Positions 36,834-45,636 of a stretch of 64,000 bases of DNA are shown here, in pieces. The position numbers and the translations under genes were made by a program. The stretch is taken from assembly GCA_963850305.1 (NCBI GenBank), contig CAWKKR010000011.1, positions 352,001 to 416,000 on the forward strand. The letters run 5' to 3'. How positions within the stretch are numbered: position 1 is the stretch's first letter; the number at the start of each line of letters is the position of its first letter. Origin of the DNA: an uncultured delta proteobacterium (GTDB taxonomy: Bacteria > Myxococcota_A > Polyangia > Polyangiales > Polyangiaceae). The notes under the pieces are model-generated. The model was not told where the DNA came from. It saw only the letters and a list, made by a program, of their open reading frames with translations, and made no database searches.

Positions 36834-37838
36834 ATGGACGCCATCACCACCGAAGAGCCCGCAGAAGACCTCCTGGACGCGTATTCGAGAGCCGTCGTGG
36901 GCGTCGCGGCTCGCGTGAGCCCTTCGGTGGTGAAGATCGAAGTGCAGGCAGCGAAGGGCGACGGCGGTCCGCGCCGCGGTCGCGGCTCGCAAAGACCCGA
37001 GGGGGGCGTGGGCTCGGGTTTCGTCTTCACGCCGGACGGCTACGTGCTCACGAACAGCCACGTCGTGCATGGTGCGCACGGCATTCGCGTGACGTTCTCG
37101 AGTGGGGACTCGGTGCCGGCCGACCTCGTCGGGGATGATCCGGACACGGACGTCGCGGTGGTCAAAGCGTGGGAGCGCGACCTGCCCGCGGTCACGCTTG
37201 GGGAGTCGGCGGGGTTGAAGGTCGGTCAGCTCGTCGTCGCCATCGGGAATCCGCTGGGGTTTCAGTGCACGGTCACCGCCGGCGTCGTGAGCGCGCTCGG
37301 ACGATCGCTCCGGAGCCGCACGGGGCGTCTCATCGACGACGTGGTTCAGACCGACGCCGCGTTGAACCCGGGGAACTCCGGCGGACCGCTCGTCACGAGC
37401 CGCGGGGAGGTCGTCGGTGTGAACACGGCGATGATTCCCGCGGCCCAGGGCATCTGCTTCGCCATCGGCATCAACACGGCCGCGTTCGTGGTCGGACGGC
37501 TGCTCCGCGACGGGCACATTCGCCGGAGTTACATCGGCGTGGCGGGGCAAACGGTGCCCCTCGTGCGCAAGCTCGTGCGCCACCACGCGCTCGTGAACGA
37601 GGGCGGAGTCTTCGTGGCCTCGGTCGAGCCGGCCAGCCCTGCGGCTCGAGCAGGGCTTCGGGACGGAGACATCATCGTGTCGTTCGCCGGCGACGCGGTC
37701 CACGGCATCGACGATCTGCATCGACGACTGACGGACGACCGCGTCGGCAACACCTCGGAGCTCGTCGTGCTCCGCGGGACACAGAAACTGACGTTCAGCG
37801 TCGTGCCCGCGCAAGCGCCCGAACGGTCGGCGGCGTAG
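36834..37838 (+). CDS. HtrA/DegS-family serine protease with PDZ domain, no signal peptide
   Basis: TNSHVV, DVAVV, TDAALNPGNSGGPL and SPAARAGLRDGD. Confidence 0.92.
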   Translation: MDAITTEEPAEDLLDAYSRAVVGVAARVSPSVVKIEVQAAKGDGGPRRGRGSQRPEGGVGSGFVFTPDGYVLTNSHVVHGAHGIRVTFSSGDSVPADLVGDDPDTDVAVVKAWERDLPAVTLGESAGLKVGQLVVAIGNPLGFQCTVTAGVVSALGRSLRSRTGRLIDDVVQTDAALNPGNSGGPLVTSRGEVVGVNTAMIPAAQGICFAIGINTAAFVVGRLLRDGHIRRSYIGVAGQTVPLVRKLVRHHALVNEGGVFVASVEPASPAARAGLRDGDIIVSFAGDAVHGIDDLHRRLTDDRVGNTSELVVLRGTQKLTFSVVPAQAPERSAA

Positions 37839-37853
37839 CGTAGAAGGATGCGG

Positions 37854-38354
37854 TCAAAGCGGGTCCGGCTTGGTCGCATGGCAGCCGTCCGCGACGGGAA
37901 CCTCGCAATTGGCGATGGTGTCGTGAGATTTCCACGTCACGGAATCGCAGATCTGAACCGAGGGCTTCCTCGGAGCGAGTGGGTCGCGCGATCGGTCCTC
38001 GACGAACGTGAGCTTGCAGCCGCCCTGGCCGTCGGAGAGAACGAGCCAATCGTCGCGAACGGGATCGCCCTCTGCCGTGAAGAACGACCGCGTCCCGAAG
38101 GCGGGCCGGCAAGCCTTGAGCGCGGCTTCGACGCATTCCCCGACCGGCTGCACGCGGCAAAGCGTGTCGGTCCTGGACTCGGGCGCCCCGCCGCAGTCCT
38201 GGATCGCGTCGCCTCCTGCGCGGCGAAGGTCGAGTACCTTCGCGCTCGGCGGGACATTGGGGCGGCGCTCGGTGGCGCCGCATCCGACCGCCGTCGAGCA
38301 CAGCGCGAGAGCCCACGCTGCCAGGCCCGGTGCCCGTCGGAGAAAATCACCCAT
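37854..38354 (-). CDS. Hypothetical Cys-rich lipoprotein
   Basis: Lipobox AVGC and a T.EGDP...D.S.D motif. Confidence 0.65.
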   Translation of the reverse strand: MGDFLRRAPGLAAWALALCSTAVGCGATERRPNVPPSAKVLDLRRAGGDAIQDCGGAPESRTDTLCRVQPVGECVEAALKACRPAFGTRSFFTAEGDPVRDDWLVLSDGQGGCKLTFVEDRSRDPLAPRKPSVQICDSVTWKSHDTIANCEVPVADGCHATKPDPL

Positions 38355-38395
38355 CGGAGGGCGACCGTATCATACGGCGCGCGACCGCCGAATCC

Positions 38396-39055
38396 TCAAT
38401 GGGACGACGGAGGACGAGACAGCGGCATCGCCGGATTGTTCGGATTGTCGTACCCGAACCAAACCCCCTGCTCCCAGCCCGCGCAGGGGCCCCCGATGCC
38501 GTCGTAGTGCGGACCGGGACACACGTCGCCATGCTCGGCGAGAGCGACGCGAGCAAAGTCCGTCGATTCACAGGACTCCCCGGACGCGGAGTGTACTCGC
38601 CAATCGAAGCGAATGCCTTGGACATCCGCAGGGGCAACGCCAGCCGGCAGAGGGTACGCGAGGAATACCGCGCCCGTTTGCCCGCTGTCGATGTCCGCCG
38701 TGCGGCTCACCCGGACCGGAGCTGGAACGAGAAGAGGGCCCGCGCGCGCCGTGCGTAGCTCCAAGCCCGACGGCACCACCGTGACCGGTGCGCTGGACCG
38801 ATTCTCGAGTTGCACACGAACATCGATGGCGGGCTCGGGCTCGGCGCGCACCTCCGAGCGTACCGTTGCGTCGCCGATGACGGACGGACCGACGCGGATT
38901 TCGTATTTCGCCGCCGGATAGGTCCCATCGACGGTGGCGACGGGAGCGCCGAGCGGCTGGAGCGCGACGTTGTCTTCGCTGACGCATCCGTACAGCGCGA
39001 GCGCTGCGGCGACCATGACGCCCGCGCTGGACAGGAAGTCTCTGGGGGTTCGCAT
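38396..39055 (-). CDS. Hypothetical lipoprotein
   Basis: MRTPRDF...ALYGC lipobox with an Ig-like beta domain. Forms the 3' part of ORF 38396..40822. Confidence 0.65.
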   Translation of the reverse strand: MRTPRDFLSSAGVMVAAALALYGCVSEDNVALQPLGAPVATVDGTYPAAKYEIRVGPSVIGDATVRSEVRAEPEPAIDVRVQLENRSSAPVTVVPSGLELRTARAGPLLVPAPVRVSRTADIDSGQTGAVFLAYPLPAGVAPADVQGIRFDWRVHSASGESCESTDFARVALAEHGDVCPGPHYDGIGGPCAGWEQGVWFGYDNPNNPAMPLSRPPSSH

Positions 39056-39262
39056 GGGCAACGTCCTCCGAAACCGACGAGCATCACGTGCCCGCAACTC
39101 GAGCTTTGAGCTCGCGTGCCGTCGCGTAAACCCTGCGAAATGTCGGAGCTCGCCTTCGGCCGGGCCGGCTGAAACAAAAGGCCACGCTCCGGCGTAGAAG
39201 CCGGGCGACGAATGCGTATCCTTGGAGCTGAAACGGGCACCCCACCGGGAGGCAAAAGCCAG

Positions 39263-40279
39263 ATGGAAGATCACAAGTACCCGAAACCCCCCGAGAGCGA
39301 GCTCCGTGAAAAACTCTCGCCCGTCGAGTACGAGGTGACGCAGCACGACGCGACGGAGCCGCCCTTCGCGAATCGATACTGGAACAACCACGCACCGGGT
39401 CTCTACGTGGACGTGGCGAGCGGCGAGCCGCTCTTCACGTCGCTGGACAAGTTCGACTCCGGCACCGGCTGGCCGAGCTTCACTGCGCCGGTCGACGAAG
39501 GACGCATCGTCTCGCGAACGGATCGCAAGCTGTTCATGACGCGCACCGAGGTGCGCTCGCGCGACGGCGACTCGCACCTGGGCCACGTCTTCGAGGACGG
39601 CCCGGCTCCGACCGGTCTCAGGTATTGCATCAACTCGGCCGCCCTTCGCTTCGTCCCGGTCGAGCGCCTGGAAGCGGAAGGTTACGGCGCGTTCGTGGAG
39701 CGGTTCGCGGGCGCGCGACGGGCACCCGATCAGGCTCGCGACAACGCATGCGCAGTTCCGGCCGCAGGTGAAAAGCCGAGCTGCGAAGCAACCCTGGAGA
39801 CGGTGGTCCTCGCCGGGGGTTGTTTTTGGGGCATGCAAGACCTGCTGCGAAAGATCCCCGGCGTCGTCGAAACGGAGGTCGGATATGCGGGCGGCACGAC
39901 GCCGAACGCAACGTATCGGGATGTCTGCACCGGTCGCACCGGGCACGCGGAGTCCGTGCGCATCGTCTTCGACCCGAAGAAGCTGCCCTTCTCGGAGCTC
40001 CTGGAGAAATGGTTCTTTCGCATGCACGATCCGACGACCGTGAACCGTCAGGGCAACGACCGCGGCACCCAGTACCGCTCGGCGATCTTCGTCACGTCGC
40101 CGGAGCAACGCAGGATCGCGGAGGAAGTGAAGCAGCGCGTGGATGCGTCCGGCAAGTGGCGCGGCCACGTCGTGACCGAAATCACGGACGCGCCGTCCTT
40201 CACGACGGCCGAGGAGTACCACCAAGATTATCTCGAGAAGAACCCCGGGGGTTACACGTGCCACTTTCTCCGCGAGTGA
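39263..40279 (+). CDS. msrAB: Fused methionine sulfoxide reductase MsrB-MsrA
   Basis: MsrB motifs GWPSF, HLGHVF and RYCINSA, followed by MsrA motifs AGGCFWG, GYAGG, GHAE and AEEYHQDY. Confidence 0.95.
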   Translation: MEDHKYPKPPESELREKLSPVEYEVTQHDATEPPFANRYWNNHAPGLYVDVASGEPLFTSLDKFDSGTGWPSFTAPVDEGRIVSRTDRKLFMTRTEVRSRDGDSHLGHVFEDGPAPTGLRYCINSAALRFVPVERLEAEGYGAFVERFAGARRAPDQARDNACAVPAAGEKPSCEATLETVVLAGGCFWGMQDLLRKIPGVVETEVGYAGGTTPNATYRDVCTGRTGHAESVRIVFDPKKLPFSELLEKWFFRMHDPTTVNRQGNDRGTQYRSAIFVTSPEQRRIAEEVKQRVDASGKWRGHVVTEITDAPSFTTAEEYHQDYLEKNPGGYTCHFLRE

Positions 40280-40327
40280 CGCTCGTCGAACGCGGGACGA
40301 CGGCGGCATGATACAAGCCCCGGGCGC

Positions 40328-40792
40328 ATGGCCAAGCCCAAGGACAGCAGTGTCGTCGCGACGAACCGCCGCGCGCACTTCGACTATGAGCTCGGCGAGA
40401 AATACGAAGCCGGCTTGAGCCTGCTCGGCAGCGAAGTGCGCTCGCTCCGCGTGAACGGCGCCGACGTCTCCACGGCGTGGGTCGACATCACCCATCGCGG
40501 CGAGGCGTTCGTGAAGGAGATGCGAATCCCGGTGCTCGTCCACGCGGCGTTCGGGCACCAGGAAAGGCGCGAACGCAAGCTGCTGCTGCACCGTGCGGAG
40601 ATCGAGACGCTGCGCGGCTCGATCGAACGCGAGGGCATGACGCTGATCGCGACGCGTTGCTATTTCAAGGACGGCCGCGCCAAGCTCGAGTTCTGTGTGG
40701 CTCGCGGCAAGAAGAAGCACGACAAGCGACAGAGTCTGCGCGAGAAGGACTCCGCCCGTGAAGCGCGGCAGGCCATGCGGCGCGGACGATGA
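40328..40792 (+). CDS. smpB: SsrA-binding protein
   Basis: NRRA.FDY, EAGL.L.GSEV.S, RKLLLH and GKK.HDKR. Confidence 0.95.
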   Translation: MAKPKDSSVVATNRRAHFDYELGEKYEAGLSLLGSEVRSLRVNGADVSTAWVDITHRGEAFVKEMRIPVLVHAAFGHQERRERKLLLHRAEIETLRGSIEREGMTLIATRCYFKDGRAKLEFCVARGKKKHDKRQSLREKDSAREARQAMRRGR

Positions 40793-41055
40793 GCGTCGTG
40801 CTCTCGGTGGCGGGCGGCGCAACCGCCACGGTCGCGGAAACGGACGGCGTGCACGTCGTGCTCCAGGCGACGATATCCTCTCCTCCCGGATCGACGCTCT
40901 CGATGACCCTTGACGGCGACGCGCGGGTCATCCGGGTGAAGGTGCGCGGCTGCAAGAAGCTCCCCGACGAGCTGGGGTTTCGCATCGAGGGTCGCCTCGT
41001 CGATCTCACGAAGGAGCAGCGCACGCGGCTCATGGAGCGCCGGGATCCACGGTGA
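40789..41055 (+). CDS. Small hypothetical protein (PilZ-like beta fold?) coupled to smpB
   Basis: ATGA overlap with smpB and coding-like codon bias. Confidence 0.65.
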   Translation: MSVVLSVAGGATATVAETDGVHVVLQATISSPPGSTLSMTLDGDARVIRVKVRGCKKLPDELGFRIEGRLVDLTKEQRTRLMERRDPR

Positions 41056-41970
41056 GCACCAGCGAGCCCCCGAGCCACGCGCCGCCGAGGCGACTCGCGT
41101 CCGCACGGCCGTTGGACACGGGGCGAAGGACTACCCCCAGATCCGGACCAACCCCCAGACTCAGAAATCGTCCGATGCGGATCTGCACCTTCGCGAAAGC
41201 GCCGGCCCGGGCGGACCACCCGTCCATCGAGCCTTCCGTCACTTCGGAGCCGGTCACGTTCGTCGAGGCGGCCGCGAGAGAGAGCCCGGCATCGAGCGCG
41301 ACGGTCCGCGCCAGTGCAAACGATTGAGCGAAGGAGAGCGACGCTTCGAGCCACCGGAAGCCGTCGTCGCCGTAACGACCCGCTAGCCACCCCGCGCCCA
41401 GCGACAATCGCTGCCCTGTGTCGAAGCGCAGCGTCGCGGCGAGCTCGGGCCCGGCGAGCCACGCGGACGCGCCACCGAGTGCTGCGCCGCGCGCCCCGGC
41501 CGATGCGACGAAGCGCGCGTGAATGGGGAATCCTTCCGCTCGACCGCCATCAGCGCGATCTGCGGTAACCGCCTGGCGGGCCGCAGCGAGCTCCGCCATG
41601 CGGCGTCTCTGGAGCTGGCGCCCGAGTTCGGCGGCGGCAAGCGCGATGCGGCGTGCCTTCAAGTGATCGGTGCCGGCGCCAGAGACGCTCCGGGCTCCAT
41701 ACGGCTTTCCGAGCTCCCACAGCTCCACACGAACCGCGCCCTCCGGAAGAGGCAGGATGCGAAAATAGAGCGGCGGACGAAACGGGACGCCAGACGGTGC
41801 AGCTACGTCCAGATCGGCCGTCTCGAGCACGACCAGCCGCTCCGTGAGGCGCACGTCGAGCCGCGACGCGGCGTCGGGTGAGATCTCGAGAATCAGGCGC
41901 TCGTGCGGTTCCGCGTGCACTGCGCCGGCAGCGAGAACCACCGCCGAGGCGCAAAGGAGCGGCCAGACAG
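41030..41970 (-). CDS. Exported protein with a C-terminal beta-barrel-like domain; start unclear
   Basis: Signal-like LLCASAVVLAAGAVHA-E and Gly/aromatic beta strands. Third gene of an ECF module. Confidence 0.6.
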
Positions 41971-41975
41971 TGGCT

Positions 41976-42959
41976 CTAGCGGGGAACCCCGGCGTCAGGA
42001 AGAAGCGGCTCACCTGCAGGAGATGCGGGCGCGTCGCCTGAAGGAGCCGGCTTGGCGCTCGCCCAGCGATCGAGCTCGGTTCGAATGTCCGCCGTTCGCG
42101 GCCCGTCCGGGAACTCCTTGAGATACTGCGCGGCCAGCGTCGAAGCGTGGTCCATGTTGCCCTGCTCGGACGCCATGTCGATCTGCCGGGCCAGCGCATC
42201 TTCGGCAAAATCTCCGCCGGGGGACAACGCTCTATACATCGCAAAGGCCTGCTCCGCGCCCGTAAAATCACGGACCTTGGCAAGCTCGTTCCCCAGCATC
42301 CAGGCCGCGACGGGTGCGTTCGGATCGGCACCGTGCTCGTTCACGATTCGACGGAGCGCGAGGATGCCGCGGTCACGCTGACCCGTCGCGCGCGCGACGT
42401 CCACGAGCGACATCAATTCCTCCGTGCTCGCGCCGCGCAACGCGGCGTCGAAGCCGCCCGCGGATTCGAGCGCGGCGGAAGCTTCGGCGTATTGTCCTTC
42501 GTCCGCGAGGCGTTGCCACTCCGGCGAAGCAGCGTGCTCGGCGGGCGTCCCTGCTGCTGCTGGTTCAGGCGCCGGCTCCGACGTCACCACATCCGCGTGC
42601 CGCGCGCCCGCGGCGCGATGGGGCGGACGCGCGGGCACCACGTCGCCCGGCGTCGCTGCTCCGAGGTTCGACGCAGGCCGAGATGCGGGTGCTGCCGCTG
42701 GCGCCAGCCGCTCGATGGGCTCGGCGCCCAGGGACGAAAGAGCAATCGGCTGGTGTGCGAAGAGACGGGCGCCCACGATCACTCCGAGCACGAACGTCCC
42801 GAACGCAAACGTGATCGCAAACCCCCGAGATCGTCCGGGCCTGCGCCGCACGACCAGGTCCTCACGCAAGCGGCTCCAGACACGCTCGACTCGCGCCTCG
42901 ACGCCGTGGTCGCGAATGGCGTCGACGGGGATCTCGGAGAAGCTCCTGCGATCGCTCAT
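41976..42959 (-). CDS. Membrane anti-sigma-like protein with a C-terminal TPR domain
   Basis: N-terminal helix, one TM segment, Pro/Ala linker, TPR helices and YL..FP.GP. ATGA overlap with the ECF gene. Confidence 0.75.
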   Translation of the reverse strand: MSDRRSFSEIPVDAIRDHGVEARVERVWSRLREDLVVRRRPGRSRGFAITFAFGTFVLGVIVGARLFAHQPIALSSLGAEPIERLAPAAAPASRPASNLGAATPGDVVPARPPHRAAGARHADVVTSEPAPEPAAAGTPAEHAASPEWQRLADEGQYAEASAALESAGGFDAALRGASTEELMSLVDVARATGQRDRGILALRRIVNEHGADPNAPVAAWMLGNELAKVRDFTGAEQAFAMYRALSPGGDFAEDALARQIDMASEQGNMDHASTLAAQYLKEFPDGPRTADIRTELDRWASAKPAPSGDAPASPAGEPLLPDAGVPR

Positions 42960-43606
42960 GGCTCGGACCCGCGCAGTGAAGAGACGAAATGTTCGCTCAG
43001 GAAGTGCTGAGCGCGCGCGATGCGACGCTTGGCCGTCGCCAGCGAGCAATCGGTCATCTCGGCAACACCTTCGAGCCTGTGCCGCTCTACGTAACGGAGC
43101 GTCCACGCGATCCGATCGTTGGCGGGCATCGTACCGAGTAGCGCGTACACCTGAGCGAGAAGCGCACGAACCTCTGGCCCGGCGTCGGACGAGGCCACGG
43201 AGTCGAGATCGACGGGCTCGCTCGACTGAGCCATACCGAGCGAGCGAAGCAAGCGACGCTTGCGCAGCCGCGTTCGGACGAGCCTCACCACGATGGACCC
43301 GAGCCACGCTCGGAACGCGTTTGCGTCCCGCAAGCTGTCGAGCCGCTCATGTGCGCGCAGGAACGCGTCGTGTACGACGTCCTCGGCGTCGGTTGCGCCA
43401 CCCTGGAGCCGTACCACGAGGTTCAGCGCGAACGCGGCGTGTCGCCGGTAAAGAATCTCGAACGCGCCAGAGTCGCTCTCCGCCGTGAGGCGAACGAGCT
43501 GGGCATCCGTGAGCTGCGCGAGCGCTCCCGCCGCCCTGTCGACGTGCGGAGCTTCCGGAGGGTGTTGACCGCCGGAAAGCACCCTGAGACGCGCAGGCTC
43601 GGCCAT
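42956..43606 (-). CDS. ECF RNA polymerase sigma-70 factor
   Basis: AFEILYRRH, AEDVVHDAF, FRAWL and SLATAKRRI. Confidence 0.9.
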   Translation of the reverse strand: MAEPARLRVLSGGQHPPEAPHVDRAAGALAQLTDAQLVRLTAESDSGAFEILYRRHAAFALNLVVRLQGGATDAEDVVHDAFLRAHERLDSLRDANAFRAWLGSIVVRLVRTRLRKRRLLRSLGMAQSSEPVDLDSVASSDAGPEVRALLAQVYALLGTMPANDRIAWTLRYVERHRLEGVAEMTDCSLATAKRRIARAQHFLSEHFVSSLRGSEP

Positions 43607-43811
43607 TGTCTTCAACGATGGACGCGGAGTGCGGCCATTTCGGCTCAACCGGAAGCCGGGAAGAACGGTATCACGGGTCGTTTCGTCGACTCATCGGACG
43701 GATTTTGACGGATCCTCGGTTGGAGTGAGCCGATCCGCGGGGCTCAGGCATCTCATGGGGGCGAGCCCGATGCCCGTTGGCGCCGGTGCCGTTCAGTCCA
43801 GGAGAATTCAT

Positions 43812-44042
43812 ATGAAGATTCGTCATCTTGCGATCGTTCCCGCCCTTTTCATCATGACCGCCTGCGGCGGTAGCACGCCCGAACCCGAGACTCCGGCTTC
43901 GGCAGGGGCGACCGAGGCGAAGCCCGCCGACGAGGCGAAGCCCGCCGACGAGGCGAAGCCCGCCGACGACGCGAAGCCCGCTGACGACGCGAAGCCCGCT
44001 GACGACGCGAAGCCCGCTGACGACGCGAAGCCCGCCGAGTGA
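43812..44042 (+). CDS. Small lipoprotein with seven (E/D)AKPA(D/E) repeats
   Basis: aggaga RBS, lipobox MTAC, and an 18-bp tandem repeat at 43914-44039. Confidence 0.8.
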   Translation: MKIRHLAIVPALFIMTACGGSTPEPETPASAGATEAKPADEAKPADEAKPADDAKPADDAKPADDAKPADDAKPAE

Positions 44043-44062
44043 TTGCGTCGAGCTGAAGCGCG

Positions 44063-44099
44063 ACCGGCCGGGGCAAACGCCCCGGCCGTGTTCGTTTTG
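44063..44099 (+). terminator. Intrinsic terminator
   Basis: cggccggggc-aaac-gccccggccg followed by tgttcgttttg. Confidence 0.65.
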
Positions 44100-44103
44100 T
44101 GGC

Positions 44104-45501
44104 TCAGGCGACGGCGGCACTCAGATCCACGACGAGCCGGGTGCGGCCTATCAGAAGCTCGTCCCCGTGCACCAGCTCCTGCTCGCCGCGGATCCGGACG
44201 AAGACTCCCGTTCGCGAGCCCAGGTCAGTCAGCACGACGGTCCCCGCCTGCTCTTCGACGATGCAGTGCTGTTGATCCACGAGCGGATCGTCGGCGAAGA
44301 CGAGATCGCCGATCACGGAACCCACTTGCAGCGTGTTTCCGCGCGCAACGACACAGGCCCCCGGGGCACCCCCTTCGAAAATCTGCACTACCCGAAAGGA
44401 CGAAGGCCACTTGGGTGACGAGTAGAAATAAGTGGGTTCCGGATCCGGTCCGTCATCGGGAACCGGGTTCTTGGACACGCGGAGAAGCTGATCGCCCACG
44501 AGGAACTCATCACCGAACTCGAGCTCGACGGGTGTGCGAATGCGGAGAAACACGCCGTTACCGCCTTCGAGATCCGAAAGCCAGAGCCGACCCTGCCGGT
44601 AGGCTAGCTCCGCTTCTCGCGGGTGGCAGAAGCGCTCGCCGGGCATGTTGATGGGGCCGGACGAGCCGATGATGGCGTGATCGCCCACCGGCTCGTAGCG
44701 CTCGGGTCCGCCCGCGAGGCTCCGGAGCACGTGAAGACGGAAGTGCGGGCGCGCGACGGCGCGAACCGCGACGGGACGCGAGGCCGTCGACGGGGCTGCG
44801 GACGGCGGAGCCTTCGCGCGTGATGCCGGGGAAGCATCGGCGCGCTCCTGCTTTTTGCTGGCAAGCTTGCGAACCGCGTCGACGTTCGGAGCTTCCGTCA
44901 GGAGCGTCATGCCGCCTATTTCGCGTCCGGCGATCACGGCGTCGAATCGTCCGTCGCGCAACGCGAGCACCATCTCCATGTGCTGCGCTTTCATGAGACC
45001 ACGCACATACACCGCAACGTCCGGGCGACGAACCTCACGGTCGTACGAGCGCTTGTGACTTTTGATGACGCGTCCGCCGTCAGCGAAGAGGTGAGTGATG
45101 ATGTGTGGTGCATCGAGACCGGAGTCCTCGGTCTGAACGTGGAAGACCTGACCCTCGTACTTCACGTTGTTGTTGAAGCCCATCTGCGCGCGGCGGAACG
45201 TGGGCCGCCGCATCTCGGCTTCCAGACGGGCAACCTCGTCGGGCGAGAACTGCGTCAGTGCCGCAGAGAGGGTTTCATGCTCGCCGGGAATCCCCTCCAT
45301 GCGCTCGAACGCCTCTTGCGCGACGCGCGCGCTGGGATCGATCCGGAGCGCCTCGGCCAGCAGCTGCTGGCCTGCGGTGTCGCTCGGCCCCGTAACTGCC
45401 CATGCGGCCAGGAGGGCCACCGCCTCGTCCGGGCGGCTCTTCTCGACGAGCCACTGCGCAACGCGGCCGGCGCTGGCCCGGATCCCAGAGACGTCCGTCA
45501 T
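44104..45501 (-). CDS. Protein with two C-terminal FHA domains
   Basis: LSDLEGGNGVFLRI...GDEF.VG and LTDLGSRTGVFVRI...GDEL.IG. The central domain reads GFNNNVKY...HVQTEDSG. Confidence 0.82.
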   Translation of the reverse strand: MTDVSGIRASAGRVAQWLVEKSRPDEAVALLAAWAVTGPSDTAGQQLLAEALRIDPSARVAQEAFERMEGIPGEHETLSAALTQFSPDEVARLEAEMRRPTFRRAQMGFNNNVKYEGQVFHVQTEDSGLDAPHIITHLFADGGRVIKSHKRSYDREVRRPDVAVYVRGLMKAQHMEMVLALRDGRFDAVIAGREIGGMTLLTEAPNVDAVRKLASKKQERADASPASRAKAPPSAAPSTASRPVAVRAVARPHFRLHVLRSLAGGPERYEPVGDHAIIGSSGPINMPGERFCHPREAELAYRQGRLWLSDLEGGNGVFLRIRTPVELEFGDEFLVGDQLLRVSKNPVPDDGPDPEPTYFYSSPKWPSSFRVVQIFEGGAPGACVVARGNTLQVGSVIGDLVFADDPLVDQQHCIVEEQAGTVVLTDLGSRTGVFVRIRGEQELVHGDELLIGRTRLVVDLSAAVA

Positions 45502-45636
45502 CGGCTACGAGCCTCGTCCAGCTGATGCAGGCTCAAGCAAACCGAGCTCACCATCGAGGCTAGGAATATAGCCGTTCAGGCCGTACGGAACGCGAGTTAT
45601 TTCGAGGTTGCCGCGGTTCGGTCGAGCCCCGGCGTC

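Noticed and set aside
40280..41100. tmRNA gene next to smpB
   Set aside because: The flanks are fully coding and show no tRNA-like ends.
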